A stretch of 38,627 nucleotides of DNA from an uncultured Ruminococcus sp. Its GTDB lineage: Bacteria; Bacillota; Clostridia; Oscillospirales; CAG-272. Shown here piece after piece: positions 23,136 to 32,821 of this stretch (positions are counted from its first letter, which is position 1; each line of letters begins with the position of its first letter). The notes below the pieces were generated by a model. The model saw only the letters and a list, made by a program, of their open reading frames with translations. It ran no database searches and was not told the DNA's origin. The position numbers were made by a program, and so were the translations under genes. The stretch is taken from contig CAZPPN010000001.1 of NCBI GenBank assembly GCA_964588425.1, positions 1 through 38,627 on the forward strand, in the 5' to 3' direction.

Positions 23136-23505
23136 CAAATTCTGCCAAACCCACATCAATAGGCCCATCTTCTTTTTTTGCGTTGTCGATCCTCAAACCC
23201 GCAAACATTGCCCGGGCAACGGCATTCTTTACATTTACCACACCATCGGGCAGTACCGATCTGCGTAAGGTTTCTTCATCGAGCATCGGGAGAGGTTCAT
23301 ATCCCATGTACCGGCGGCAAAGCTCTCCCTCTCTCGCAAGTATTAAAAGACAGCCGACCGCACAATCCCAGCCCGAACGGTCATCGGCACGAAGCCTCTC
23401 CAGAGGATCCGTGCCGTATCGTTCTTTGATCTCGAAATATGCGTCGGCTGTGTATACAAGCCAGTATTCCTTTCCGCCGTGCTTATATAAACAGCCGCCC
23501 GTCAT
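23113..23505 (-). CDS. Tail assembly chaperone (gpG-like)
   Basis: 130 aa between the major tail protein and the TMP; contains the slippery run near its 3' end. Confidence 0.75.
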   Translation of the reverse strand: MTGGCLYKHGGKEYWLVYTADAYFEIKERYGTDPLERLRADDRSGWDCAVGCLLILAREGELCRRYMGYEPLPMLDEETLRRSVLPDGVVNVKNAVARAMFAGLRIDNAKKEDGPIDVGLAEFEKKTKPE

Positions 23506-23506
23506 C

Positions 23507-24100
23507 TTATGTACCCGAAATGCCGAGCTGAGTTTTTACCCATGCTTCGGCTTCGCTTGCCGTCTGGAAAATCTCTGTCTTTTTCCATGTTTTCTTCTCG
23601 TCCTTGCACTGATAAGCCATCATCGAGGTCGTAGCTCCGCTGAATGTTACGTTTTCGCCCTTTGTATCCGTAGTATCATTGCCCAGTGACGCCTTGACCT
23701 TCGGATAAAAAACTCCCTCATAATACTTTACACCGTTGTCCATGAGCGTTCTGTAATAACCGAATCCCCCCATAGGCGCAGTGTCGTCACCACCATATGT
23801 AAGTACGCCTTCCGTGTAATTCATGCCGAATATAGCCGCCATGATCTCGTCGGTTAAACCTTTGTTGTCATATGTCAGCTCACAGTATTTGAATTCCGAT
23901 GTGTTCTCGGAAAGCGCATCGTTGGAATAGAATTCGGTTTCCGCTTTGTTTATGCTCTCGGTCAGCTTGATAAATTCCGAAAAAGCCATGCCGCCCGAGT
24001 AAGTGGGTAATGAGCCGTCGGTTTCGGTGTCGATCAACGCCCAATAAGGCTTTGACGCTCCCATAACCGTTTTTCTTATGCCTTTGTAATTATTCGCCAT
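23507..24100 (-). CDS. Major tail protein
   Basis: 197 aa. Assigned by position and a phi13-family-like N-terminus. Confidence 0.75.
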   Translation of the reverse strand: MANNYKGIRKTVMGASKPYWALIDTETDGSLPTYSGGMAFSEFIKLTESINKAETEFYSNDALSENTSEFKYCELTYDNKGLTDEIMAAIFGMNYTEGVLTYGGDDTAPMGGFGYYRTLMDNGVKYYEGVFYPKVKASLGNDTTDTKGENVTFSGATTSMMAYQCKDEKKTWKKTEIFQTASEAEAWVKTQLGISGT

Positions 24101-24121
24101 AATTAATCCTCCGTTTTTCTG

Positions 24122-24586
24122 TTACATATCGTTTTTCTTCTGCCATTCTCTGAAAATGTTTTCGGCACTTTCGTATGCTTCGTCTGCTTTCTTGTCGATC
24201 GCCGTCTGAATAAAGGGACGCGGCGGGGTTGTGCGCGATCCGTATTCATTCACGAAAGCAATTTCTGCATTTCTTGTCCGATTTTCGGCTTTGTGATAAT
24301 CATCCACTCGGCTTCCCTTGAATGTAAGCGCCACCTGCCGTTGTCCGTTTCCCCGTTTACCAGTCCAGTTGTGAGGTTCTTTGCGTGTCAGAGCTTTCTG
24401 AGTACCGCCCGTCCAGTATTTGCCGTGAAGCATTACATCGGCGTTGTGCTCGATTTCCGGCTCAATAACATCCGCCTTCGCCATCAGCATTTCATCAAGT
24501 ACATCCACCGGAATATCATCGTTAAAAAGAGAAATCCCGTTCTCCGATTTGCTTCCCACAACCATTTTTGTTACGACTTTTGCCAT
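24122..24586 (-). CDS. HK97 gp10-family tail/neck protein
   Basis: FVNEYGSRTTPPRPFIQTAID motif, plus position. Confidence 0.65.
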   Translation of the reverse strand: MAKVVTKMVVGSKSENGISLFNDDIPVDVLDEMLMAKADVIEPEIEHNADVMLHGKYWTGGTQKALTRKEPHNWTGKRGNGQRQVALTFKGSRVDDYHKAENRTRNAEIAFVNEYGSRTTPPRPFIQTAIDKKADEAYESAENIFREWQKKNDM

Positions 24587-24927
24587 TCTTCCACACCGTC
24601 CGTATACTCAAATTCATAAATATACTGCTGCCATCCGTCATCCGTTGCGGTTTGAGTTGACGGGTACGAACCGGAAAACAGTTCAATGATTTCTTTCAAA
24701 TATGTTCGTTCGGTGTAAACAGCAATCCCCTTCCTTGCCCATAGCGTCACAATGACACGCCATGTCTTTGCGCTCGGTCTGTCATCTGCGTGAAAGGTAC
24801 CGTATACATAGTATGAGAAAGTGATATACACATCAACATCCTCACCTGTGTATACCCCCTCCCTTACCAATGCCGTCACTTTTTTCAGCTCGGCAGTAAG
24901 CAGTTCGTTGAATATCTCATCCGTCAT
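24571..24927 (-). CDS. Head-tail joining / tail completion protein
   Basis: Assigned by position and size (118 aa). Confidence 0.5.
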   Translation of the reverse strand: MTDEIFNELLTAELKKVTALVREGVYTGEDVDVYITFSYYVYGTFHADDRPSAKTWRVIVTLWARKGIAVYTERTYLKEIIELFSGSYPSTQTATDDGWQQYIYEFEYTDGVEEWQKS

Positions 24928-25301
24928 AATGCTGCCGTCCGCCTTTCCGCTGTAAATTCAAGCCAGTTCCCGTCCGTGCTTCTTTCGGGTGAACCGATGA
25001 TGTACCACCATACTTCGTTATCTTCCTTCCGTTTCACACGACAAAGAGAAGAAACTGCTTTTGTGTATCGGATCACAACTTCCGCAGTGTCGCTCGCAAA
25101 CACATGGTCATCCTTTTTGTTGTCAACCGTGGAGTCAAAACGTGTCATTTTCCTCTGCCACTTCGCCGGAACACACCGCCCCTCACCGAAAACATTGCGC
25201 CACTCATCTCTCTCTCCGCCTCGTCCATCTTCAACCGGGAACGGAGCTTCAATGAACAGCGGTGTCCTCAGATCCCCTGCAGTAGTTTTGTTAGATGCCA
25301 T
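24924..25301 (-). CDS. Head closure / head-tail adaptor protein (SPP1 gp16-like)
   Basis: GGGAGGTGCTT precedes the ATG at 25301. AGDLRTPLFIE...DGRGGERDEW pattern. Confidence 0.6.
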   Translation of the reverse strand: MASNKTTAGDLRTPLFIEAPFPVEDGRGGERDEWRNVFGEGRCVPAKWQRKMTRFDSTVDNKKDDHVFASDTAEVVIRYTKAVSSLCRVKRKEDNEVWWYIIGSPERSTDGNWLEFTAERRTAAL

Positions 25302-25614
25302 AAGCACCTCCCGAAGCGGCAAGCTCAACGCGCATTTGAGTCATAATGCGCTTTGTGTAGGAATCGCCGGCAAATGTCTGTGAGGTTGACTGAAATCCGC
25401 GATTATCGAACCAATGCAGAGCAAGCGCATATATGTATAACTCAAACTTTGCATTGTTCTCAGCGGTCAGACGGTCAACGTCAATACCGGCTGATTTTGC
25501 ATGATCAAGCGCGGCAGAAAGACAAAGCTGAGCCGCAAATGACTCTCCCTCTTCTTCCAAAGCAGGAATGCTGATGCGTCCGTATGCACAGAAACCGTCA
25601 AAACTCACAGCCAT
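25291..25614 (-). CDS. gp6-like head-tail connector protein
   Basis: Directly downstream of the MCP; 107 aa. Confidence 0.6.
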   Translation of the reverse strand: MAVSFDGFCAYGRISIPALEEEGESFAAQLCLSAALDHAKSAGIDVDRLTAENNAKFELYIYALALHWFDNRGFQSTSQTFAGDSYTKRIMTQMRVELAASGGAYGI

Positions 25615-25626
25615 GCCATTCCCTCC

Positions 25627-26901
25627 TTACCCTCTCGCCGCGAGAGTAATGAAGGGAGAACGAGAGAGAGAAGAATTTTTGATCTTCAGCGGCGCATTGA
25701 CCTTCGGCGCACCGTTGCAGCGGAGAACCATGCGGAAGCACATCTGATCGGTAAGGAATTCAACATGCATAGACCAGTCCTGCTTTGCACTGCCCTTCTT
25801 GAGCAGCAGATACTGAGAAAGGTCTACAAGTGCAATATCACCCTTTGCACCGAGAGCAGCCATGTTGTCATCGTAAATGACAGGTCTGCCGAGAACGCGC
25901 TGATAAGGAGAAGCGGAAAGACCGCCTTCGGGCATCCAGATGGATTCGCTATTGAATGTGAGCTGCTGAAGCTGAATTTCACAGTCGGGATGTGCAAGCC
26001 AGATCATCTTAGAGCGGTTCTGGAAAAGACTTCTCTGCCACATAGCAAAAATGTTGTCGGCTGTGATAGTGCCTGCCGCCTGATCCGCCGCCTTTGCAAC
26101 CTGTACAAGAGCATCGGAATTCATGATACCGAGCGGTTTCTTTTCGCCGTCACCGTGAATGATAGCGTCTTCGAGAAGTCTGCGCGAAGCTACTGTAAAT
26201 GCCTTTCCGTAAAGAGAAGTCATAAAAGATGCGTCCTGCAGAAGCTCATCGGTTGCATAAGCAAAGCCCATCATCTTTTCAAGTTCCAGTCTTGCTTCTC
26301 TGAACTGCGGCTTTGTTGCGGCAACGGTTTCGCCCTCTTCCGCCCAGAACATCTTCACGCCGCCGAATACACCCTCGGAAAGATCGGTTTCTTTCGCGGT
26401 CATCCAGCGTACGGAGTTGGAATTTGCGGAACAGGTGTAAGTATCCACACGGGAGAGAATTTTACCGGTGGTTACAGCGGTTTCAAGGATGTTTCCGGCA
26501 AAATCTTCCTGAATTGCAAAACCTCCATCTTCGCCCACATTGGTATTACCGCCCATAACAGCGTTGTGAACCTTGTACAGTCTTTCGTCAACACGGTCGG
26601 GAGTCTTTGCCGCATTCTTGATCGCCTGAAGCTGTTCGCCAAGGGAGTTGAAGATATGAAGCGGCTTCTTTTCATCCTTCACACCGCCGTCACCATCGTT
26701 GCCTTCATGAACCTGTGCGCCTGCTGCGGATACAGCCGCCTGTTCGGTAAGCTGGTCGATCGCCGCCGCCTTTGCCTTGATATCTTTCTGAATGCCGGAA
26801 AGCTCATCACCGAACTTGTTTTCGGCAATTAGCGCATCCGCCTTTTCAATGAGCTGCTTCTTTTCATTTTTCAGCTCTGTAATTTTCTTGAAGTAATCCA
26901 T
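25627..26901 (-). CDS. Major capsid protein, HK97 family, with N-terminal coiled-coil delta domain
   Basis: 424 aa, follows the ClpP-like protease. N-terminus KKITELKNEKKQLIEKADALIAENK. Confidence 0.9.
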   Translation of the reverse strand: MDYFKKITELKNEKKQLIEKADALIAENKFGDELSGIQKDIKAKAAAIDQLTEQAAVSAAGAQVHEGNDGDGGVKDEKKPLHIFNSLGEQLQAIKNAAKTPDRVDERLYKVHNAVMGGNTNVGEDGGFAIQEDFAGNILETAVTTGKILSRVDTYTCSANSNSVRWMTAKETDLSEGVFGGVKMFWAEEGETVAATKPQFREARLELEKMMGFAYATDELLQDASFMTSLYGKAFTVASRRLLEDAIIHGDGEKKPLGIMNSDALVQVAKAADQAAGTITADNIFAMWQRSLFQNRSKMIWLAHPDCEIQLQQLTFNSESIWMPEGGLSASPYQRVLGRPVIYDDNMAALGAKGDIALVDLSQYLLLKKGSAKQDWSMHVEFLTDQMCFRMVLRCNGAPKVNAPLKIKNSSLSRSPFITLAARG

Positions 26902-26927
26902 GTTTTTCTGTCTCCTTTTCTTTTTTG

Positions 26928-27596
26928 TTATCTGTAATTTTCGAGAAATGCCTTTGCTGCCGCCGCACGGTTTGCGGTTTCGCTTTTTGCCGCACGGTAA
27001 TCGTCAATCATTTTCTGCGTCGGATAAATACTTCTGCCTGCCGCATTCGTGAAATTCTTCGCCGCTGTCGGGCTTTCAATGATTTCATCAATCAGTCCGG
27101 CTTCTTTTGCTGCATACGCGTCAAGCCAGATGTCACGATCCATCAGCGCGGAAATTTCTTCACGGCTTTTATTCATGCGCCCGGTATAAGCGTTCATAAT
27201 AGCGTTTTTTACACTATCAAGCTCGTCCGCAGTCATACGCATCACGTTCGCATCCCCGGCAACATCGGTAGTCGGATTGTGAATAAGCACCAGTGCAACC
27301 GCTTCCGCAACAATTCTGTCACACGCCATCATCGCAACGGTTGCCGAAGAAGCGGCGCGGGACTGAATGTGTGCCGTGACATTGCCCTTGTATTCGCGAA
27401 GAATGGAATAAATCTCCGTTCCTGCCACAAGTGTACCGCCGTCAGAGTTGAAATACAGCGTAATATCGTCACCGTCCGCCTGTGCGCACAGATCGCGGAT
27501 GTCAGACGGACAAACATTCGAGTGCTCGCCGAAATAACGCCAGATTTCCGCATATTCATCCGTCAGCATATCGCCGTTAAAGTTGAATTCAACCAT
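26928..27596 (-). CDS. ClpP-like (S14) prohead maturation protease
   Basis: FNSDGGTLVAGTEIYSIL and SRAASSATVAMMACD motifs. Confidence 0.85.
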   Translation of the reverse strand: MVEFNFNGDMLTDEYAEIWRYFGEHSNVCPSDIRDLCAQADGDDITLYFNSDGGTLVAGTEIYSILREYKGNVTAHIQSRAASSATVAMMACDRIVAEAVALVLIHNPTTDVAGDANVMRMTADELDSVKNAIMNAYTGRMNKSREEISALMDRDIWLDAYAAKEAGLIDEIIESPTAAKNFTNAAGRSIYPTQKMIDDYRAAKSETANRAAAAKAFLENYR

Positions 27597-27598
27597 AC

Positions 27599-28852
27599 TC
27601 AGTCATCCTCCTTTCCTGTGTTCTGTATCGGAGATGAAGAACGGAATGCCGCATCATCGTCAACCGGCGCGAAATTTTTGCTCATCCAAAACTTCTGACC
27701 GAATCCGCCCGGAATCGGTGAACGGTCTTCATCAGCACGGATTTCATCGGCATTCATAGCACCGATTCCGATCATCTTCGTGTAGAAATTCGCCCGGGCT
27801 TCATGTGTGCCGCGCAGAAGCGAAGCCACATTTTTCTTGATGTAATACCCGTTTCGGATGTCTTTCTCAGAAAACAGCTTGTACTTGTATTCCTGTTCCA
27901 TCTGCACCAAATGCGGTGTCAGCGTATCGACAACAAAATCAAGCTTCTGCTGTTCGTTTGAGTTGTAACTCTGCTTTCCGGCCTGCAGCATGTACGCAGG
28001 AATACCCGTGAAGCGGCTGATTTCGTCAACGGTAAACTGCCGGTTTTCAATGTACTGGCTGTCCTGCTGAGAGATACCGAGTTGTGTGTACTTCATGCCG
28101 ATGTCAAGCACAGCCACGCGAAAAGCGTTATTTCCGGAATAGTCCCGGTTAAATTCCTCTTTCAGCATCGCCCTGTGCTCCCGGCTCATTTCGCCGTCAA
28201 CTTCAAGTACACCCGAAGGACGCGCCCCGTTTGAGTAAAAGCGATTTGCATACTTCTGAGCTTTCAGATCGGTGTCAATGGTTTCGCGGGCAATATCAAG
28301 AATCCCTCTCCCACTCGTTCCGTCATAGGATTCAAAACGGTGTATGAGAAGCTGGGAATCCGTAAATTCCCGTGTCAGTGCGTTTCCGTATGTAACAGTA
28401 TCAGGCACCGTGAATCTGTACCATCGCGCATTGTCCCGCTTGTTTACTCGGATTTCGGGATCTGCCGGAATCGGGATGATTTCCGTGATCTTCCCGTTTT
28501 TGTCCCTCTCGATGTAGGCATAACCCACACCATGCCAGAACGCCCACGAAAGAAGCATTTTTTCCGCTGTGTAGATCGACATGTATTCATTTGCCCTTGT
28601 TTTGAGGACATATGAAAGATCATGATCCGCTTCGTATCGGAACTCCCCTTCTTTGCGCCGAATCTGCCACGGCATAGCCGCAATGGAATTGGTGTAAATA
28701 CGGTGAGCCGCCGCCACAGCACCGAGTTTTTCTGCGTTTTCGGGAATAATCGCATCACCGTTTACAGTCAGAATATCCCGAAATATCTGATCAACAGTCT
28801 TTCCGTTGTACGTGATCTTTGGTGTATCGTTTACAGCACCCGAAACAATCAT
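27599..28852 (-). CDS. Portal protein (HK97 family)
   Basis: 417 aa between terminase and protease. Confidence 0.85.
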   Translation of the reverse strand: MIVSGAVNDTPKITYNGKTVDQIFRDILTVNGDAIIPENAEKLGAVAAAHRIYTNSIAAMPWQIRRKEGEFRYEADHDLSYVLKTRANEYMSIYTAEKMLLSWAFWHGVGYAYIERDKNGKITEIIPIPADPEIRVNKRDNARWYRFTVPDTVTYGNALTREFTDSQLLIHRFESYDGTSGRGILDIARETIDTDLKAQKYANRFYSNGARPSGVLEVDGEMSREHRAMLKEEFNRDYSGNNAFRVAVLDIGMKYTQLGISQQDSQYIENRQFTVDEISRFTGIPAYMLQAGKQSYNSNEQQKLDFVVDTLTPHLVQMEQEYKYKLFSEKDIRNGYYIKKNVASLLRGTHEARANFYTKMIGIGAMNADEIRADEDRSPIPGGFGQKFWMSKNFAPVDDDAAFRSSSPIQNTGKEDD

Positions 28853-29013
28853 TTCCTGTCACCATGCCGCGCCCTGTACTTCGCAAAAATCCACGATGTT
28901 ACAAAGCAGCCGATTCCCATAACCACCCCGCCGAGCTGCAAATCATAGGTGAAGGAAGTCACAATCACACATATCCAGCCGAGAAGATACAGAATATCGT
29001 CAATGTATTTCAT
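28849..29013 (-). CDS. Small two-TM membrane protein (54 aa, below track cutoff)
   Basis: AAAGGAGAAAATGCC precedes the ATG. The stop overlaps the portal ATG (ATGA). Translation MKYIDDILYLLGWICVIVTSFTYDLQLGGVVMGIGCFVTSWIFAKYRARHGDRK. Confidence 0.55.
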   Translation of the reverse strand: MKYIDDILYLLGWICVIVTSFTYDLQLGGVVMGIGCFVTSWIFAKYRARHGDRK

Positions 29014-29131
29014 GGCATTTTCTCCTTTCCCGTAAAATGACGAAACAAAAAGCAGAACCGTCGTTTGACAGCTCCGCTTTGCTTCGATGGTATCAGTATA
29101 GCATAAAAAAATGTGCTACTACTGCAATATT

Positions 29132-30991
29132 TTATCCGAGAACGTATCCGCGCTCTTCAATCACACGGTTTACGTCAATCTTGTTGTCTACTTTCACGAT
29201 CAGACGGGTGAGAGCATTCATCAGTCCCGCAACAGGGTCAATTCTCTGCGTGTCGTCCTTGTACCGCTTTGAGAGCTTTATATCACCGTTCGAGTTCTTG
29301 ACTTCAACGGCATTCGATAAGCACCACTCGAAGAGCGGCGAATACTCCGCAACGATTTTTCCGGCAATCACAAGTTCACGGAATTGCTTTGTCGCGTTGT
29401 TCAGAGCCGCGCAGGTCTGCGGAATGTCAACCACCATTTCCTCCGAGTTGTAGTGTTCTCTCATGCGGATTGCCATGTCGTTTGCATTGTGCCCGTCATA
29501 ATCAATTTCTATCGCCCGTCTCCCATTAGCATAGTGAAAATTCTCGTCCTCTGTCTCGCAGGTGTATAAGTAATCCTCAACATAGCTGTTATCGGCGACA
29601 TCTCCCGGCGTGAGAATCACATACCCCTCTTTTGCCCATTCGAGATATGGCACCTTGTCCGATTTCATGTGCTCCGCCGCTCTGTTCTGTGCAATGAATC
29701 CCATGACCGATACCGCAATACGCCCGTCGGGTAGAACACCACACCAGCCTGTTCCGGTCAAGTCTCGCGTTTCACCAAGGTCAAAACCGTAATGCCCTTC
29801 AATGCCCCGCGTCAGCTCACGGAAATCTTCCCGAGATACCTCAAGAGCCTTGAACTTATCCATGTATCCCGTGAAATACTTGTTTACGCCGTCCGCCTGC
29901 CATCTGTCCATTCGCTTGATCATCCAGTCGCGGATTTTCCCGTAATTGTTGGCGGCATACGCATCTTTGTATTCCACAAGAACCTTGTCGAAAAGAATGC
30001 TTCCATACTTTGAGCCGAAGCGGAAAAACGCATTTGCCTTAGCCCAGCAGTTCTGATCATGCGGATCGTCATCATCGTCAATTTCCCGAATCATAACAAA
30101 TACTTCATCCTGCTCAATTGACCCGTCAAGAATCCGCTTGTACTGTAAATAGTCCTGATAACAGGGCTTGTTTTCCGCATCTTCGCCCGCCGTGGTGATA
30201 ATCAGGTCAAGACACTGCGCTTTTTTTCCCATACCGTTGATTGCAGTATCGTGAATCGTTCTTTCCTTGTGTGCGTGCCATTCCTCGCAGATAATCAGAG
30301 AAGGTCTTCCACCGTCCTTGTTGGATTTATCCTTCGAGAATACAACGACTTCTCCACCGCGCTTCTTGTGACGGATATATGTGCGCTTGATATCAAGCCG
30401 CTTTTTGATAGCCGGTGAAGAGTTCGCCATGTCTGCCATGTCTTCTCTGGCTTTTCTTCCCTGAAAACGGTCAACGGCAACAATATCAATTTCCGGCTGC
30501 ATTTCAAACTCTGCAAGCTCGGGATGTCCCGGAGGATACAACGCATCGCCGAGCATCACATAAAGCCCCACACCTGCCGCAACAGTGGTTTTCGCGTGCC
30601 CTCTCGGGTTTTCAATAAACGCATACAAGAAGCGTCTGCGTCCGTCAGCTTTTCTCACCCATCCGAAGATCGAACCGAAGTCAAATATCTGCCATGGCTC
30701 AAATTCAATACTCTGCCCCACAGCATCAAGACGCGGAATATTCGCGAAATGCCTGATGATCCGTTCCGCCCGGGTAACATCAAATACATACGGGAAAGAA
30801 TCATCCTTCGCCCTCTCTATATCTCTGAGATGCCTTTTGCATGATAGGATTTCCTGCTTTCCGCATAATTTCCCGTAATCCGTTTCCGTGACCATTCGGG
30901 CATACGCCGTAACAATATCGTATTTCTCGCAGAATTCATCATATCCGGCGCGGGAAACAATGTCTGCGTAATAACCGAGCGCATCCATCAT
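29132..30991 (-). CDS. terL: Terminase large subunit
   Basis: Walker A-like ENPRGHAKTT, Walker B-like LIICEEWH; 619 aa. Confidence 0.9.
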   Translation of the reverse strand: MMDALGYYADIVSRAGYDEFCEKYDIVTAYARMVTETDYGKLCGKQEILSCKRHLRDIERAKDDSFPYVFDVTRAERIIRHFANIPRLDAVGQSIEFEPWQIFDFGSIFGWVRKADGRRRFLYAFIENPRGHAKTTVAAGVGLYVMLGDALYPPGHPELAEFEMQPEIDIVAVDRFQGRKAREDMADMANSSPAIKKRLDIKRTYIRHKKRGGEVVVFSKDKSNKDGGRPSLIICEEWHAHKERTIHDTAINGMGKKAQCLDLIITTAGEDAENKPCYQDYLQYKRILDGSIEQDEVFVMIREIDDDDDPHDQNCWAKANAFFRFGSKYGSILFDKVLVEYKDAYAANNYGKIRDWMIKRMDRWQADGVNKYFTGYMDKFKALEVSREDFRELTRGIEGHYGFDLGETRDLTGTGWCGVLPDGRIAVSVMGFIAQNRAAEHMKSDKVPYLEWAKEGYVILTPGDVADNSYVEDYLYTCETEDENFHYANGRRAIEIDYDGHNANDMAIRMREHYNSEEMVVDIPQTCAALNNATKQFRELVIAGKIVAEYSPLFEWCLSNAVEVKNSNGDIKLSKRYKDDTQRIDPVAGLMNALTRLIVKVDNKIDVNRVIEERGYVLG

Positions 30992-31443
30992 CCGTAAAGA
31001 TCATCGTCCGGATCTTCTTCGGGAATAATAATTTTCTGCGCCAACCGCATTCTCGCTTCGGGAGTAAGCCCCAGCTTTCCCGCGTAGTTCAGCTGCAGTG
31101 ATTCCTGAAACCGGAGTTCCTTTGAAATTCCCAAAATCTCTGAATTTTTTCTGTGTCCCTTAACCGCAGACCAATACTTACGCCTCAACATCACAACACG
31201 TGACATGATCGAACAATAAGTACCCAACACATCACAGTCAAGATTGTCGAAAATCTTAAACTCTTCTGCATCCGCACAAATCTTTTCCCAAAACTGCCGC
31301 GCCACCGGATCATCCTCCAAATATTCCGGCATGACAAGCGAAACATCATCCCGTTCAAACAGCTCTTCCCGCGCCGCCCGTTCTTCCTTCTCAGCATTCG
31401 TTAAATGCCCCTTGACATTCTCAACAGCCTTAATATTCTGCAA
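30988..31443 (-). CDS. terS: Terminase small subunit (P27 family-like)
   Basis: 4-nt overlap with terL. TTG at 31443 lies 7 nt after AAAGGAG. C-terminus AGKLGLTPEARMRL is typical of P27-type TerS. Confidence 0.7.
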   Translation of the reverse strand: MQNIKAVENVKGHLTNAEKEERAAREELFERDDVSLVMPEYLEDDPVARQFWEKICADAEEFKIFDNLDCDVLGTYCSIMSRVVMLRRKYWSAVKGHRKNSEILGISKELRFQESLQLNYAGKLGLTPEARMRLAQKIIIPEEDPDDDLYG

Positions 31444-31587
31444 ATAATCACTCCTTTCAACTCGCGTACCTTGCGCGCGCAAATATTTTATAATTGTGTA
31501 AGCACTTAAAAAATCTCAAATCCAATAAATCTCAAACAGGAACTTTTCACACAAACGAGAGGCGGCGCGGTTGCGGGGGCACGTGCA

Positions 31588-32007
31588 TCAAACATTTTCG
31601 GCCGGGGGGGAGGTTGCGGACCGTTCCGCGATCGTCTTGCGACTGTGGCAGGAGTGGCACAGGCTTTGGAGGTTGGACGGATCGAAGAATATCTTTTTAT
31701 CTCCCTTGTGTGGCTTGATATGGTCTATGTCCTCCGCTTTGGTACGGATTCCGCGTCGCGCGCATTCCCTGCAAAACGGTTCCGCTGTAAGCTGCTTGGC
31801 GCGTAGCAGCCGCCAGCGTTGCGAGTAATACAAGTTGTGATATGCGGCCGACTCGCGCCGCTCCGGCTGGACTGTCCGCCGAACTTGCTGCGACGCTGTT
31901 TGATGCTTTGCACAGTATCCGCCGCCGCGCACAAGCTCCGTACACCCCGGTCGGCGGCATGGCTTGAGTGGTAATGTACTGTATACTTGATCGGGCATTG
32001 TTTCCAC
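31588..32007 (-). CDS. HNH endonuclease (terminase-associated)
   Basis: DIDHIKPHKGD...NLQSLCHSCHSRKT plus N-terminal Cys pairs. The start may be the ATG at 31998. Confidence 0.85.
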   Translation of the reverse strand: METMPDQVYSTLPLKPCRRPGCTELVRGGGYCAKHQTASQQVRRTVQPERRESAAYHNLYYSQRWRLLRAKQLTAEPFCRECARRGIRTKAEDIDHIKPHKGDKKIFFDPSNLQSLCHSCHSRKTIAERSATSPPAENV

Positions 32008-32066
32008 GACTCCAATAAGAAAAACGACATCCCTAAAGATACCGTTTGTTATGATATTATTATATA

Positions 32067-32282
32067 TTATTTTAACTCTGTACTACTGCAATCTTTTGCC
32101 GCGTCTCGCGCAAGCGCCGCATCCACTGCCGCGTTAATGTATGCGTTTACAGATATACCGCGCCGCGCTGCTGCTGCTTTTAGAATTTCCCTCTTCCCTT
32201 TCTCGATCGTGTAGTTGATCCGATCATATTTTTTCGCGTTGAATTTGTTGTTATACTTGATTTTATCGAATTTCTCCGCCAT
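32067..32282 (-). CDS. Ribbon-helix-helix (Arc/CopG-like) DNA-binding protein
   Basis: YDRINYTIEKGKREILKAAAARRGISVNAYINAAV fits a beta-alpha-alpha pattern. ACGGAGGTTTACGAA precedes the ATG. Confidence 0.6.
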   Translation of the reverse strand: MAEKFDKIKYNNKFNAKKYDRINYTIEKGKREILKAAAARRGISVNAYINAAVDAALARDAAKDCSSTELK

Positions 32283-32311
32283 TTCGTAAACCTCCGTTTT
32301 TTGTTGCTTAC

Positions 32312-32340
32312 ATTATATCATTTTATAACGCATGATGCAA
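32312..32340 (-). promoter_or_regulatory. Leftward promoter TTGCAT-17 nt-TATAAT (head of the late/packaging operon)
   Basis: On the plus strand: atgcaa at 32335-32340 and attata at 32312-32317. Confidence 0.6.
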
Positions 32341-32410
32341 TGTGCATTGTACACAAAAAACATGATGCAATGTTTAGTGATTTCGCCAATTGACAACACA
32401 TTGTATCATG
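32331..32410. promoter_or_regulatory. Three copies of the 13-mer ACATTG(C/T)ATCATG (operators)
   Basis: Copies at 32331-32343 and 32361-32373 (minus orientation) and 32398-32410 (plus orientation, one mismatch). The first overlaps the leftward -35. The third fills the rightward -35/-10 spacer. Confidence 0.6.
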
Positions 32411-32419
32411 TGTTATACT
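32390..32419 (+). promoter_or_regulatory. Rightward promoter TTGACA-18 nt-TATACT with palindrome ACACAT N6 ATGTGT in the spacer
   Basis: Read directly. Confidence 0.6.
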
Positions 32420-32467
32420 ATGGGCACAACGAACAACACACCAACACACACCGAAAGGAGCATGAAA

Positions 32468-32779
32468 ATGAAAATCATCACTATCCATCATGTCATGTAC
32501 GGCGATCTTCACGGAGACAGTGAATCTGTATGGTTTTTCACCGCCAAAGAAGCCGAAAATCACGCCATCAACATAGAAGCCCACCTCACCGAGCGCGAAC
32601 GCAAAAAACGCTATATCACAATCGAAGCAAACAGCATCCGCATTCCCGATGAATATCATCTTTCCACCCCCAAACAGCTCTCAAACGACCTGTTTAACGG
32701 CGATATCGAATGCCCCGACTTTGACGAATGCACCGCCACATTTACTTCCGAACAGGAATATTTCAAGACGATTCTATAA
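32468..32779 (+). CDS. Orphan plus-strand acidic protein (103 aa), unknown function
   Basis: GAAAGGAG 8 nt upstream of the ATG at 32468. It has its own promoter and terminator and is the only + gene in a 24-kb minus-strand run. Confidence 0.65.
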   Translation: MKIITIHHVMYGDLHGDSESVWFFTAKEAENHAINIEAHLTERERKKRYITIEANSIRIPDEYHLSTPKQLSNDLFNGDIECPDFDECTATFTSEQEYFKTIL

Positions 32780-32791
32780 CATCAAATCAAA

Positions 32792-32821
32792 AGCCGAGAG
32801 CCACGAACTCCCGGCTTTTTC
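32792..32821. terminator. Bidirectional terminator
   Basis: agccgagag/ctcccggct stem (one mismatch) flanked by an A-run and T5. Confidence 0.6.

Noticed and set aside
25765-26832. 355-aa plus-strand ORF
   Set aside because: It is entirely antisense to the well-supported HK97-type major capsid gene. It has no RBS, and its Cys/Arg/Leu-rich composition is typical of a shadow frame.
26925-27698. 257-aa plus-strand ORF
   Set aside because: It is antisense to the ClpP-like protease and the portal junction. The Arg/Cys-rich composition and lack of an RBS mark it as a shadow ORF.
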